In this document: positions 9,956-19,772 of the stretch, piece after piece
Layout: every line of letters begins with the position of its first letter
Position numbering within the stretch: position 1 is the stretch's first letter
Assembly (NCBI GenBank): GCA_963764715.1
Contig: CAVXTP010000006.1
Span: forward strand, 224,001-288,000
Length of the DNA stretch: 64,000 bases
Direction of reading: 5' to 3'
DNA from: an uncultured Acidobacteriota bacterium
Lineage (GTDB): Bacteria; Acidobacteriota; Thermoanaerobaculia; UBA5066; Gp7-AA6
Made by a program: the position numbers and the translations under genes
Notes under the pieces: generated by a model
Database searches by the model: none
Told to the model about the DNA's origin: nothing
Seen by the model: only the letters and a program-made list of their open reading frames with translations

Positions 9956-10869
9956 GACTTCCTCGATCCAACAAATTGGGCGAGCTGGGGCAGCACTCCC
10001 CCGCCGCCGGGTAGCTCCGAGGCCGCCGCCACCGCCGCCTCGACGTTCTCCGCCAGGATCTGCTTCGAGCGCTCGACCCCCCAGATCCCCGGAAAGGTCG
10101 CCTTTCCGGCCGCCGAGTCCTTCCCGGCCGCCTTGCCGAGGGTCGCGGCGTCGGACTCGACGTCGAGCAGGTCGTCCTTGATCTGGAACGCGAGGCCGAT
10201 CTTCCGTCCGTACAGGTCGATGCGCTCGAGGGCCGCCTCGCCGGCGCCGGCGAGGATCGCGCCCGCCGAGAGCGACGCCCGGATCAGGCGGCCGGTCTTG
10301 TTCTCGTGGATCTTCGCGACGAGCTCGGCCGTCGGGGCGGTCTCCTTCTCGGCCTCGAGGTCGGCCGCCTGCCCGCCGATCATCCCCTGCGTCCCGATGG
10401 CGTCCACCACGGTCTGGAGGACTCGGACCTTGGCGGCGGCGAAGCGCTCGCCCTTCGGATAGTGGGCGAAGGCGCCGAGGCCGTGGGTCAGCAGGGCGTC
10501 GCCCGCGAGGATCGCGGTCGCTTCCCCGAAGGCGACGTGGCAGGTCGGGACGCCGCGGCGCAGGTCGTCGTTGTCGAGCGCCGGGAGGTCGTCGTGGATG
10601 AGCGAGTACGTGTGGATCATCTCGAGCCCGCAGGCGGCCTCGAGGAGATCCTCCGTGCGGGCGCCGAGGACCTCGCCCGCCGTCAGGCAGAGGATCGGGC
10701 GCAGGCGCTTGCCGCCGGCGAAGACGGAGTGCCGGATCGCCCGGTGAAGGTGCTCGGGCCACACGTCCGGCCCGGGCAGCAGGCGTTCGAGCGCGCGGTC
10801 GACGTCCTCCCGGCGGCGGGCGAGATACGCCGCGACGTCCTTCGACGCCGTCTCAGTCCCGCTCGTCAT
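9952..10869 (-). CDS. ispA: Farnesyl diphosphate synthase / geranyltranstransferase
   Basis: GGKRLRP, HTYSLIHDDLPALD, FQIKDDLLD; follows xseB. Confidence 0.9.
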   Translation of the reverse strand: MTSGTETASKDVAAYLARRREDVDRALERLLPGPDVWPEHLHRAIRHSVFAGGKRLRPILCLTAGEVLGARTEDLLEAACGLEMIHTYSLIHDDLPALDNDDLRRGVPTCHVAFGEATAILAGDALLTHGLGAFAHYPKGERFAAAKVRVLQTVVDAIGTQGMIGGQAADLEAEKETAPTAELVAKIHENKTGRLIRASLSAGAILAGAGEAALERIDLYGRKIGLAFQIKDDLLDVESDAATLGKAAGKDSAAGKATFPGIWGVERSKQILAENVEAAVAAASELPGGGGVLPQLAQFVGSRKS

Positions 10870-11122
10870 CGCTCTCCTCGGCCTTCGCGGGCTCGAACGG
10901 TTCCGTCTTCCACTCCTCGGTCGAGGCCTTCAGGACGATCTCGACCGACTTCTCGACCTCGGAGAGCTTGCGGTCGCAGAAGCGCGCGAGCTCCATGCCC
11001 TCCTGGAACAGGGCGAACTGCTTCTCGAGGCCGCGCTCCTCGCCCTCGAGCTCCGACACGATCGACTCGAGACGCGCGAGCGCCTCCTCGAAGCTGCGGT
11101 CCTTGCGCACCCGCGTCGTCAC
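10853..11122 (-). CDS. xseB: Exodeoxyribonuclease VII small subunit
   Basis: SFEEALARLESIVSELE...FQEGMEL motif; xseA-xseB-ispA synteny. Confidence 0.9.
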   Translation of the reverse strand: MTTRVRKDRSFEEALARLESIVSELEGEERGLEKQFALFQEGMELARFCDRKLSEVEKSVEIVLKASTEEWKTEPFEPAKAEESDDERD

Positions 11123-12528
11123 GACTCGTTTCCTCCCTGCCGGAAGAGCGGGCCGGGATCCGTCGCCCGGCCGCCTCCCCGCACGACGGCGTGGAGCTCG
11201 CCTTCGTGGAGCCGCACGCGAATCCGTTCTCCGTTCTCGACGCCCGCGGCCGAAGTCAGAGGCCCTCCGCCGGCCTCGCGGTAGGCCACGGCGAACCCGC
11301 GGGCGAGGACCGCCAGCGGGCTCAGGGCCTCGAGGCGCGACACGAGCGAAGACAGGCGCGCCCGCCGCCGCTCGCTCCCGCGCGCGAACCGCTCGACGAG
11401 CATCGCCCGGGCGGCCGCGGCCGCGTCGCGCCGGCGCGCGAGCTCAGCCACGCGCGGGAAGTCCGCCAGCGTCCGCCGGGCCGCCGCGAGGCGCGCGGCG
11501 TACTCCGCCGGCCGGCGCTCGAGGCAGGCGACGAGGGCATCGCGGCCCTGCGCGACGCGCCCGGAGAGCTCCGCGAGCCGCCGGGGGAATCCGGCGAGCG
11601 CGTCGGAACGCCCGAGGCCCTCGAGCCGGGCCCGTCCGAGCGCGAGTTTCGACTGCATCCCGGACAGCACCCGCATCCGCCCGTGCGCGATCCGGCGCGC
11701 GATCTCGTCCTTGCGCTCGACGACGAGCTCCGCCGCCGCCGACGGCGTCGGCGCGCGCAGGTCCGCGACGAGGTCGCAGATCGTCCAGTCCGTCTCGTGG
11801 CCCACGCCCGAGATCGTCGGGATCGCCGAGGCGGCGAGGGCCCGCGCGACCGACTCGGCGTTGAAGGGCGCGAGGTCCTCCGGCGACCCGCCCCCGCGAG
11901 CGAGGATCAGGACGTCGAAGCCGCCCCGCCGGTTGAGGTGCCGGATCGCCGCCACGATCTCCGCCGCCGCGAGCTCGCCCTGGACGCGCACCGGGAAGAT
12001 CGTGATCGCCAGGCCGTCGAAGCGGCGGGACAGCACGTGGAGGACGTCCCGCACGACCGCGCCGGTCGGCGACGTCACGATGGCGATCGAGCGCGGCAGC
12101 TTCGGGATGCGGCGTTTGCGCTCGGCCGCGAAGAGGCCCTCGACCTCGAGCTTCGCCTTGAGCTGTTCGAAGGCGAGCTGGAGGGCCCCCCGCCCGACCG
12201 GCTCGATCGCGAACGCCTTGATCTGGAACTTGCCCTGGGGCGCGTAGAGATCGAGCGAGCCCCGGACCACGACCTCGAGCCCCGGCTCGAGGCGGAAGGG
12301 GACGCGCTTCAGGTCGGAGGCGAACATGATCGCCGACACCGCGGCGGAGGCGTCCTTCAGCGTGAAGTAGCCGTGGCCTCCCCGCAGGTCGAACCGCCCG
12401 ATCTCCCCGACCACCGCCACGTCCCGCCAGGTCGTCCGCAGCACGGTCGAGACCTCGGCGAGGAGCTCGGAGACCGTGTACGGCTTCGGCGGCGCGGCGG
12501 AGGGGACCGGAACGGGACGGGAGAACAT
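11119..12528 (-). CDS. xseA: Exodeoxyribonuclease VII large subunit
   Basis: GHGYFTLKD, TSPTGAV, RGGGS, GVGHETD, APTPSAAAE and LARGF motifs. Confidence 0.95.
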   Translation of the reverse strand: MFSRPVPVPSAAPPKPYTVSELLAEVSTVLRTTWRDVAVVGEIGRFDLRGGHGYFTLKDASAAVSAIMFASDLKRVPFRLEPGLEVVVRGSLDLYAPQGKFQIKAFAIEPVGRGALQLAFEQLKAKLEVEGLFAAERKRRIPKLPRSIAIVTSPTGAVVRDVLHVLSRRFDGLAITIFPVRVQGELAAAEIVAAIRHLNRRGGFDVLILARGGGSPEDLAPFNAESVARALAASAIPTISGVGHETDWTICDLVADLRAPTPSAAAELVVERKDEIARRIAHGRMRVLSGMQSKLALGRARLEGLGRSDALAGFPRRLAELSGRVAQGRDALVACLERRPAEYAARLAAARRTLADFPRVAELARRRDAAAAARAMLVERFARGSERRRARLSSLVSRLEALSPLAVLARGFAVAYREAGGGPLTSAAGVENGERIRVRLHEGELHAVVRGGGRATDPGPLFRQGGNES

Positions 12529-12538
12529 CCCGAGGATT

Positions 12539-13687
12539 CTAATCGCCCGCTCCGCCTGCCGCCCTCGAAAACGGCAGGGCGAAGACCAGGAGCGTCGCCA
12601 TCTCGACCTCGGTGTCGCCGAAGTTGTATTCGAAGAGGCCGGCCACGACGATCGCCGATCCCGCCAGCAGCGCGCCCGCCCAGACCGCCGCGCGCCCGGG
12701 GTCCGCCTCGCGGCGCAGGCCGACGATCGCCCGCGCCAGGAAGAGGAAGACCCAGATCAGGTAGACGCCGGCCGCGAAGAGCCCGTTCGACGCCGCGATC
12801 TGCGCCACGTTGTTGTGCAGGTGCGGCACGGTCCAGCGCGGCGCATCGGGGTCCCGGTACAGCGGGTAGTACGGCTTGACCATGTCCGGTCCGAGGCCGA
12901 AGACCGGGTAATCGCGGGCGATGCGCGCCCCGGCCCGCAGCATCGCCACGCGGTCGCGGTTGGTGCGGTCGGACAGGTCCGCGATCGACCGGATCCGGTC
13001 CCGGATCTCGGGAGGAGCCAGGAAGAACACGACGACGAGGGCCGGCGCCAGCAGGAGGAGGCCGCGGGGACGACGGACGGCCAGGTAGAGGAGCACGGCC
13101 GCGCAGATGCCGACGTAGGCGCCCCGCGTGTACGTCAGGAGGACCGCGCAGAGCGGAACGAGGCTGAGGAGACCGGCGAGCCGCCAGCGGCCGCGGCCCT
13201 CGAACGCGAGGCCGAGCAGGAGCCCGGCGGCGAGCGTCGCGAGGCCCGAGAACGTCATGTAGTGCGAGAGCGTCCCGCGGATGCGGTTGTCGAGATCGTC
13301 GCCGCCGTGGAGGAACTGCCAGATGCCGAGCAGCGCGAGGGCCGTGCCCGAGGCGGCGATGGCGAGGCCGACGGCGCGCGCCCGGCCGACGTCGTCGACG
13401 AGGTCCATGGCGACGGGGACGAGGAGGAGGAGCGCGAGGCCCGGGAGGTGGCGCGCGCTCGCCGCGGGGTCGCGCGAGAAGACGGCCGAGGCGGCAGTCA
13501 GGAGGGCGAGGATCCCCGCGAAGTACGTGAACGGCGAGCGCAGGCTCGCGGGATACCGCCGCTCGCGGACGAGCGAAGCGACCCATGCCGCGAGCAGGAG
13601 GCCCGAGACGGCGTAGGCGGCCGAGATGACCGGTGTGAGGAGGGCGAAGAGAACGAGGAGCGCGAACGCCGCCTTGCGATACCCCAC
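12539..13687 (-). CDS. O-antigen ligase (WaaL/Wzy_C) family membrane protein
   Basis: Multi-TM; TYTRGAY, R..M...G...P.FGLG and HLHNN motifs. Confidence 0.85.
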   Translation of the reverse strand: MGYRKAAFALLVLFALLTPVISAAYAVSGLLLAAWVASLVRERRYPASLRSPFTYFAGILALLTAASAVFSRDPAASARHLPGLALLLLVPVAMDLVDDVGRARAVGLAIAASGTALALLGIWQFLHGGDDLDNRIRGTLSHYMTFSGLATLAAGLLLGLAFEGRGRWRLAGLLSLVPLCAVLLTYTRGAYVGICAAVLLYLAVRRPRGLLLLAPALVVVFFLAPPEIRDRIRSIADLSDRTNRDRVAMLRAGARIARDYPVFGLGPDMVKPYYPLYRDPDAPRWTVPHLHNNVAQIAASNGLFAAGVYLIWVFLFLARAIVGLRREADPGRAAVWAGALLAGSAIVVAGLFEYNFGDTEVEMATLLVFALPFSRAAGGAGD

Positions 13688-13697
13688 GCGCGGCTAG

Positions 13698-13821
13698 CGC
13701 TCTGTCACCGAAGTTTCGACAACGCCACTCGGCGTCGAGACAGCCACCGTGGCCCTCGCTCTCGGGCCTTCGTGCATCTTTCGAGCGAAGAGATTGAAAT
13801 CGTGACTTCGGTTACAGGACA
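13698..13821. mobile_element. 124-bp MITE-like element with imperfect terminal inverted repeats, flanked by CTAG
   Basis: Left end CTAG|CGCTCTGTCACCGAAGT, right end ACTTCGGTTACAGGACA|CTAG; no ORF inside. Confidence 0.65.
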
Positions 13822-14076
13822 CTAGCGCCCCGCCGCCTCCGACCCGGGGAGCGCCTCGTCGATCAGCATCACGGGAATGTCCGACACGATCGGATACACG
13901 AGGTCGGCCTGCTTCGAGTAGAGCCCCTGCGTGACGACGGGCTCCTCGTCGCGAAATTTCTCGCGGTACTTTTCCACCAGCGCCTTGCGGGTCGCGTCCT
14001 TGAGCTCGACGAGCTCGAGCGGCCCCTTGGTCTTCGGGCACACCAGAATGGCGAGAAGCTCCGGGTCGACGGCCAT
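13822..14076 (-). CDS. Trm112-like (UPF0434) protein
   Basis: [14 protein letters not shown]...[15 protein letters not shown]. Confidence 0.85.
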   Translation of the reverse strand: MAVDPELLAILVCPKTKGPLELVELKDATRKALVEKYREKFRDEEPVVTQGLYSKQADLVYPIVSDIPVMLIDEALPGSEAAGR

Positions 14077-14156
14077 GCGTGATCCTCTCGGCCCGGAGTA
14101 TATCGGGGCCCCGGGCGCGCCGCGGCGGCTGCTGCTTCCCGAAGTAGATTAGCCCC

Positions 14157-15218
14157 GTGCGCATCCTCCACGTCGTCGCCGGCGAGAAGTGGACGGGGGT
14201 CGCCGCGGTCGTATGCGACTGGACACGGGCCCTGCGCGAGGGCGGCGTGGAGGCGCAGTTCGCGTTCGTCGGAGGCCACAACCTCGAAAAGCGGCTCCTT
14301 CCGGCGGGGTGGGCCCGGCCGCTCCTCTCCCGGACCCACGGACCCCGGGGCATCCCGCGGGACGCGCGCGCCCTGCACGACACGATCCTGCGGGAGGGCT
14401 TCGACGTGGTCCACGCCCACCTGACTCACGACCACGCGCTGGCCGCGTTCGCGTGCCGGGGGACGCCGGCCCGGCTGGCGCGCACCATCCACCACCTGCG
14501 GCACGTCCGGCGGGGCGCCTTCACACGGGCCCTCTTCGCGCGCACCGACGCATTCGCCTTCGGCAACACCGACATCGCCCGAGCGTTCGGCGCGCCGGGC
14601 CCCGTGCACCTGCCGGTGGTGGACGCCGCGATCTTCACGCCGGGGCCGAAACCCGGGACGCTGCCCGGAGTCGGCCCGATCCCGGTCGGCCGGTTCGTCG
14701 CCGGGACGGTCGGGAAAATGGCCAGGGGCCGCGGGCACGAGGAGGCGATCGCCGCGATGGCGCCCGTCGCCGGGGAGCCCTTGCTCCTCCACGTCGGCAA
14801 GGGCGAGCACCGGCCCGCCCTCGAAGCGCTGGCTCTCCGTCTGGGGACGAGCGCGCGCAATCTCTGGGCGGGCTATCAGGACGAGGTGCTCCCCGACTGC
14901 TATCGGGCGATGGACGCCTTCCTCTTCACGGCCTCCGGCTCCCAGCAGGGCCAGCGCGCGGTCCTCGAGGCCATGGCCACCGCGCTTCCGGTCGTGGCGC
15001 TGGCGGTGCCCGGCGTGCGCGATCTCGTGACCGACGGCGTCGAGGGCTTCGTCGCGGAGGACGTTCCCGCGGCCACGACGGCTCTGGCGCGACTCGCCGC
15101 CGACTCAGGGCTCCGCGAGCGAATGGGTCAGGCCGCACGCAGGCGCGCGCTCGCCTTCGGAGGTGCCCGGTTCGCGGCGTCCGCCCGGGCGTTCTACGGC
15201 GGCATCGCCCCTGCCTAG
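14157..15218 (+). CDS. Glycosyltransferase family 4 (GT-B)
   Basis: MRILHV, DVVHAH, LEAMATALPVV and DGVEGF motifs. Confidence 0.85.
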   Translation: MRILHVVAGEKWTGVAAVVCDWTRALREGGVEAQFAFVGGHNLEKRLLPAGWARPLLSRTHGPRGIPRDARALHDTILREGFDVVHAHLTHDHALAAFACRGTPARLARTIHHLRHVRRGAFTRALFARTDAFAFGNTDIARAFGAPGPVHLPVVDAAIFTPGPKPGTLPGVGPIPVGRFVAGTVGKMARGRGHEEAIAAMAPVAGEPLLLHVGKGEHRPALEALALRLGTSARNLWAGYQDEVLPDCYRAMDAFLFTASGSQQGQRAVLEAMATALPVVALAVPGVRDLVTDGVEGFVAEDVPAATTALARLAADSGLRERMGQAARRRALAFGGARFAASARAFYGGIAPA

Positions 15219-15652
15219 ATCGACGCCAGGATCTCCTTCGGGTGGGTCTTGGGCGAGACCTTCGGGTGCGCCTGCGCGATCTTTCCCTTCGGGTCGATCA
15301 CGTAGGTGATCCGCTTGGCGAACTCGTCCGTCGGCGTCTCGGCGGCGCCGTAGGCCAGCCCGATCTCGCGCTTGACGTCGCAGAGGAGCGGGAACGGATA
15401 ATCGAACTTCTTCGCGAAGGCCGCGTTCTCCTCGACGGTGTCGAAGGACGCGCCCAGGATCTCGACGTTCTTCTTCTGAAATTCCGGATAGAGGTCGCGG
15501 AACCCGCAACCCTCGATCGTTCAACCGGGGGTGTCCGCCTTCGGGTAGAACCAGAGGACGACGGTCTTGCCCCGGTAATCCGAGAGCGAGCGGGTCGCCC
15601 CCGTGTGATCGCGCACCGTGAATCCGGGCGCTTCGTCTCCGACGTTTCGCAT
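15215..15652 (-). CDS. bcp: BCP/PrxQ peroxiredoxin, probable selenoprotein (in-frame UGA at the peroxidatic Cys)
   Basis: MRNVGDEAPGF...WFYPKADTPG-[TGA 15521-15523]-TIEGCGFRD...FPLLCD...RITYVIDPKG...EILASI*. The frame is continuous across the TGA. Confidence 0.85.
15491..15514 (-). promoter_or_regulatory. Candidate bacterial SECIS hairpin
   Basis: GAGGGUUGCG-GGUUC-CGCGACCUC starts 6 nt after the UGA, has a G-containing apical loop and resembles the E. coli fdhF upper stem GGUUGCAGGUCUGCACC. Confidence 0.65.
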
Positions 15653-15696
15653 CGCGGGCTTCCTCCACATCATTTTGAGCATTCCGGTGATCGAGC

Positions 15697-16521
15697 TCAA
15701 GCCTTCCCCTCCCAGGTCTCCGAGGAGTGATCGTACGCCGGGAGCTCGACCGGCCAGCCATTCCGTCGAAATCGGTCCCATTCCCAGACCCGGGCCCACT
15801 TGAGGAAAACGCTCCAGGCCTGGAGCCCGCACAGGACGAGGCCGTGGCGGCCGTCCAGGAAACCGGCCTGGATCACGTACATCCGGAAGAACCGCCAGCC
15901 CGGCCGCACCAGGAGCTCGGCCAGGCCCGCCCGACGCCCGGCCCGGAAGAGGTCGGCCGCGCCCCAGGCCGCGTACCGGTGGAGCTTCTCGAGGTACTGG
16001 CCGAGGGAACGGCACGTGTAGTGGACCATCGGCGTCTGCAGAATCGGCGTCGCGCCCGGCGGGTCGAGGTCCGCGTGGACGCGCCGATTGGGGTACCGCG
16101 CCACCCCGCGCTCCATCAGGCGGACGACCTTGTCGGTCGACCAGCCCGAATGACGGATGATCCGGTCGAGAAAGACGTTTTCGCGCCGAATGAAGTAGGC
16201 CCGGGCCTCGGGGCCCTTCTCGAGGAGCTCCAGGATCTCGCGGGCGAGGGCCTCGGGGATGCGCTCGTCGGCGTCGAGGATCAGGAGCCAGGGCGTCGTG
16301 ACCCGGTCCATGGCCCAGTTCTTCTGGGCCGCCGAGCCGAAGTACTCGCGCTGCACGATCTCGACCTTCGGGTAAGAGCGCGCGATCTCGAGGGTGCCGT
16401 CGGTCGAGAAGGAATCGACGAGGAGGATCGCGTCGACGAACCCGAGGCTCTCGAGGCACCCGCGAAGGTTGACCTCCTCATTGAGGGTGGTCACGATGGC
16501 AGTCAGCTGGGGTCGCGGCAT
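15697..16521 (-). CDS. Glycosyltransferase family 2 (LPS beta-1,4-glucosyltransferase-like)
   Basis: NEEVNL..CLES, DSFSTDGT, LDADE and GFLDG motifs. Confidence 0.9.
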   Translation of the reverse strand: MPRPQLTAIVTTLNEEVNLRGCLESLGFVDAILLVDSFSTDGTLEIARSYPKVEIVQREYFGSAAQKNWAMDRVTTPWLLILDADERIPEALAREILELLEKGPEARAYFIRRENVFLDRIIRHSGWSTDKVVRLMERGVARYPNRRVHADLDPPGATPILQTPMVHYTCRSLGQYLEKLHRYAAWGAADLFRAGRRAGLAELLVRPGWRFFRMYVIQAGFLDGRHGLVLCGLQAWSVFLKWARVWEWDRFRRNGWPVELPAYDHSSETWEGKA

Positions 16522-16528
16522 TGCTGTG

Positions 16529-16583
16529 TCGGGACGACCCTCGCGGCCGTCCGCGGGCGGGGGCAAGCCCCGCCCCTACGACC
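16529..16583. repeat. GTAG-type REP doublet (degenerate)
   Basis: GGGCGGGGGCAAGCCCCGCCCCTAC plus a second hairpin; related to the copies at 31799, 42612, 46759 and 47641. Confidence 0.7.
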
Positions 16584-16601
16584 GGAGGACCGGCCGGTAC
16601 T

Positions 16602-17384
16602 CTAGTCCACCCGCACCTGCACGCGCTCGATCTTGCGCGCCTTGCCCGTCGCCTCGTCGACGTCGATCACGGCGCCGGAGAGGCGGATGTCCTTCTTCGC
16701 CGTCTCGAAGGAGCGCGGCGTCTGCGACAGGAACTTCTCGATGATCCGGTCCTTCGAGAAGCCGATGATGCCCTCGTAGGCGCCCGTCATGCCCGCGTCC
16801 GAAAGGTACGCCGTGCCGCCGGGGCGGATCGTCTCGTCGGCCGTCGGGACGTGGGTGTGGGTGCCGACGACGACCGAGACGCGGCCGTCGAGGTACCAGC
16901 CGATGGCGGCCTTCTCGGACGTCGCCTCGGCGTGCATGTCGACCAGGATGACCTTGACGTCCCCGGCGCGCGCGAGCTCCTCGTCGGCCACGCGGAACGG
17001 CGAGTCCGCGTTGGCCGGCATGAAGACCTGCCCCTGGAGATTGAGGACGCCGACCGGGATGCCGGCGGACGTCGACTGGACCGTCCAGCCCCGCCCGGGG
17101 TTGCCGGGGGGATAGTTGGCCGGGCGCAGGAGCCGATCGGAGCGGTTCAGCGTGTCGTAGATCTCTTTCTTGTCCCAGATGTGGTTGCCGGAAGAGAACA
17201 CGTCGATCGGCATCTTCGAGAGGTCGTCGAAGAGCTCGACGGTCAGGCCGAAGCCTCCCGCCGCGTTCTCGACGTTGACGACCGTGAAGTCGATCTTGTG
17301 GCGGTCGATGACTCCCTCGAGGGCATCGACGAGCGCGCGGCGCCCCGGGGCGCCGACGACGTCGCCGACGAACAGGATGTTCAT
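16602..17384 (-). CDS. ymdB: YmdB-like metallophosphoesterase
   Basis: GDVVG, NVENAAGG, GNH, HAEATSEK and GTHTH motifs; downstream of rny. Confidence 0.9.
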   Translation of the reverse strand: MNILFVGDVVGAPGRRALVDALEGVIDRHKIDFTVVNVENAAGGFGLTVELFDDLSKMPIDVFSSGNHIWDKKEIYDTLNRSDRLLRPANYPPGNPGRGWTVQSTSAGIPVGVLNLQGQVFMPANADSPFRVADEELARAGDVKVILVDMHAEATSEKAAIGWYLDGRVSVVVGTHTHVPTADETIRPGGTAYLSDAGMTGAYEGIIGFSKDRIIEKFLSQTPRSFETAKKDIRLSGAVIDVDEATGKARKIERVQVRVD

Positions 17385-17388
17385 CCGG

Positions 17389-18957
<1,569 letters not shown>

Positions 18958-18976
18958 TCCGCCCCCCAACAAAAAG

Positions 18977-19146
18977 CCCGGGGGCGCCGCGTGACGCGCG
19001 TCGACTACACGATGGACCGGAAGCGACTCTTCCGACGAGGTTTACGCACGGATGAGACCCAGGCCATCCTCAAGACCACTCGTATTCCTTCGTGTATCCC
19101 CGCCCTTCGGTCGGGGTGCCGACGCTCGCCCCCTAGGCGCCCAGGG
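18977..19146 (-). ncRNA. ssrS: Probable 6S RNA
   Basis: About 170 nt between zapA and rny (a typical 6S locus). Long-range pairings: CCUGGGCGCC/GGCGCCCCCGGG, GCGUCGGC/GUCGACGC, UACACGA/UCGUGUA. Confidence 0.6.
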
Positions 19147-19426
19147 CGTCGTCCAGTTTTCGAATCAGGCGCTCCGCACGGGCTCTGGCGTCCGTCGGGT
19201 CGCCCTGCCTGCGTTTTTCCGTCTGGTGAAGATCGTCTGAAATGTTCAGGGCGGCCAGGATGGCGATCTTCGTCGTGTCGACCGTTGCCGTCCGCTCTGC
19301 CACTTCTTTCATCCGGGTATCGACGAAACGGGCCAAATCGTGAATGTAGCCGCTGTCTCCTTCCGCGCGGACGCTGTACGTCTGCCCGAAAATCTCGACT
19401 TGAGTCACGCTGCCCCGCTTATCCAT
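19133..19426 (-). CDS. zapA: Cell division protein ZapA
   Basis: VEIFGQTYSV...LARFVDTRM...AILAALNISDDL. Confidence 0.9.
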   Translation of the reverse strand: MDKRGSVTQVEIFGQTYSVRAEGDSGYIHDLARFVDTRMKEVAERTATVDTTKIAILAALNISDDLHQTEKRRQGDPTDARARAERLIRKLDDALGA

Positions 19427-19453
19427 CGAGACACTGACTCCTTTCCTCACGCG

Positions 19454-19483
19454 AGTCTAGTGCGTTTCTGCCTGAGCCGTCAA
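19454..19483 (-). promoter_or_regulatory. Sigma70-like promoter for zapA
   Basis: TTGACG-N18-TAGACT on the minus strand. Confidence 0.5.
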
Positions 19484-19509
19484 CGGTTTAGCCGTAACTC
19501 GCGGGGACA

Positions 19510-19764
19510 TTAAGACTTCTTTTCCTCGGCCGCTTCGAGGGCGTGGATGAGCTTCTCGAGCCGCTCGCGCACGAGGTCCTGCTCGCGCTCGAGTTTCTCG
19601 ACGGCCCCGCGGGAGTCCCCCGCCTCCTTTTCGGCCTTGCGAGCCGCGGCCAGGTCCGCCCGGAGCTTTTCGTTCTCGGATTCGAGCGACTTCAGGCGGC
19701 CGAGCAGCCGCTCGATCTTCTTGTCCAGCGTGTCGAAAACTCTGGTCGTGTCCATGCTCTCCAT
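19510..19764 (-). CDS. ZapB-like coiled-coil protein
   Basis: Short heptad-rich protein (FDTLDKKIERLL...VRERLEKLI) between pheT and zapA. Confidence 0.7.
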   Translation of the reverse strand: MESMDTTRVFDTLDKKIERLLGRLKSLESENEKLRADLAAARKAEKEAGDSRGAVEKLEREQDLVRERLEKLIHALEAAEEKKS

Positions 19765-19772
19765 TCCCCTCC

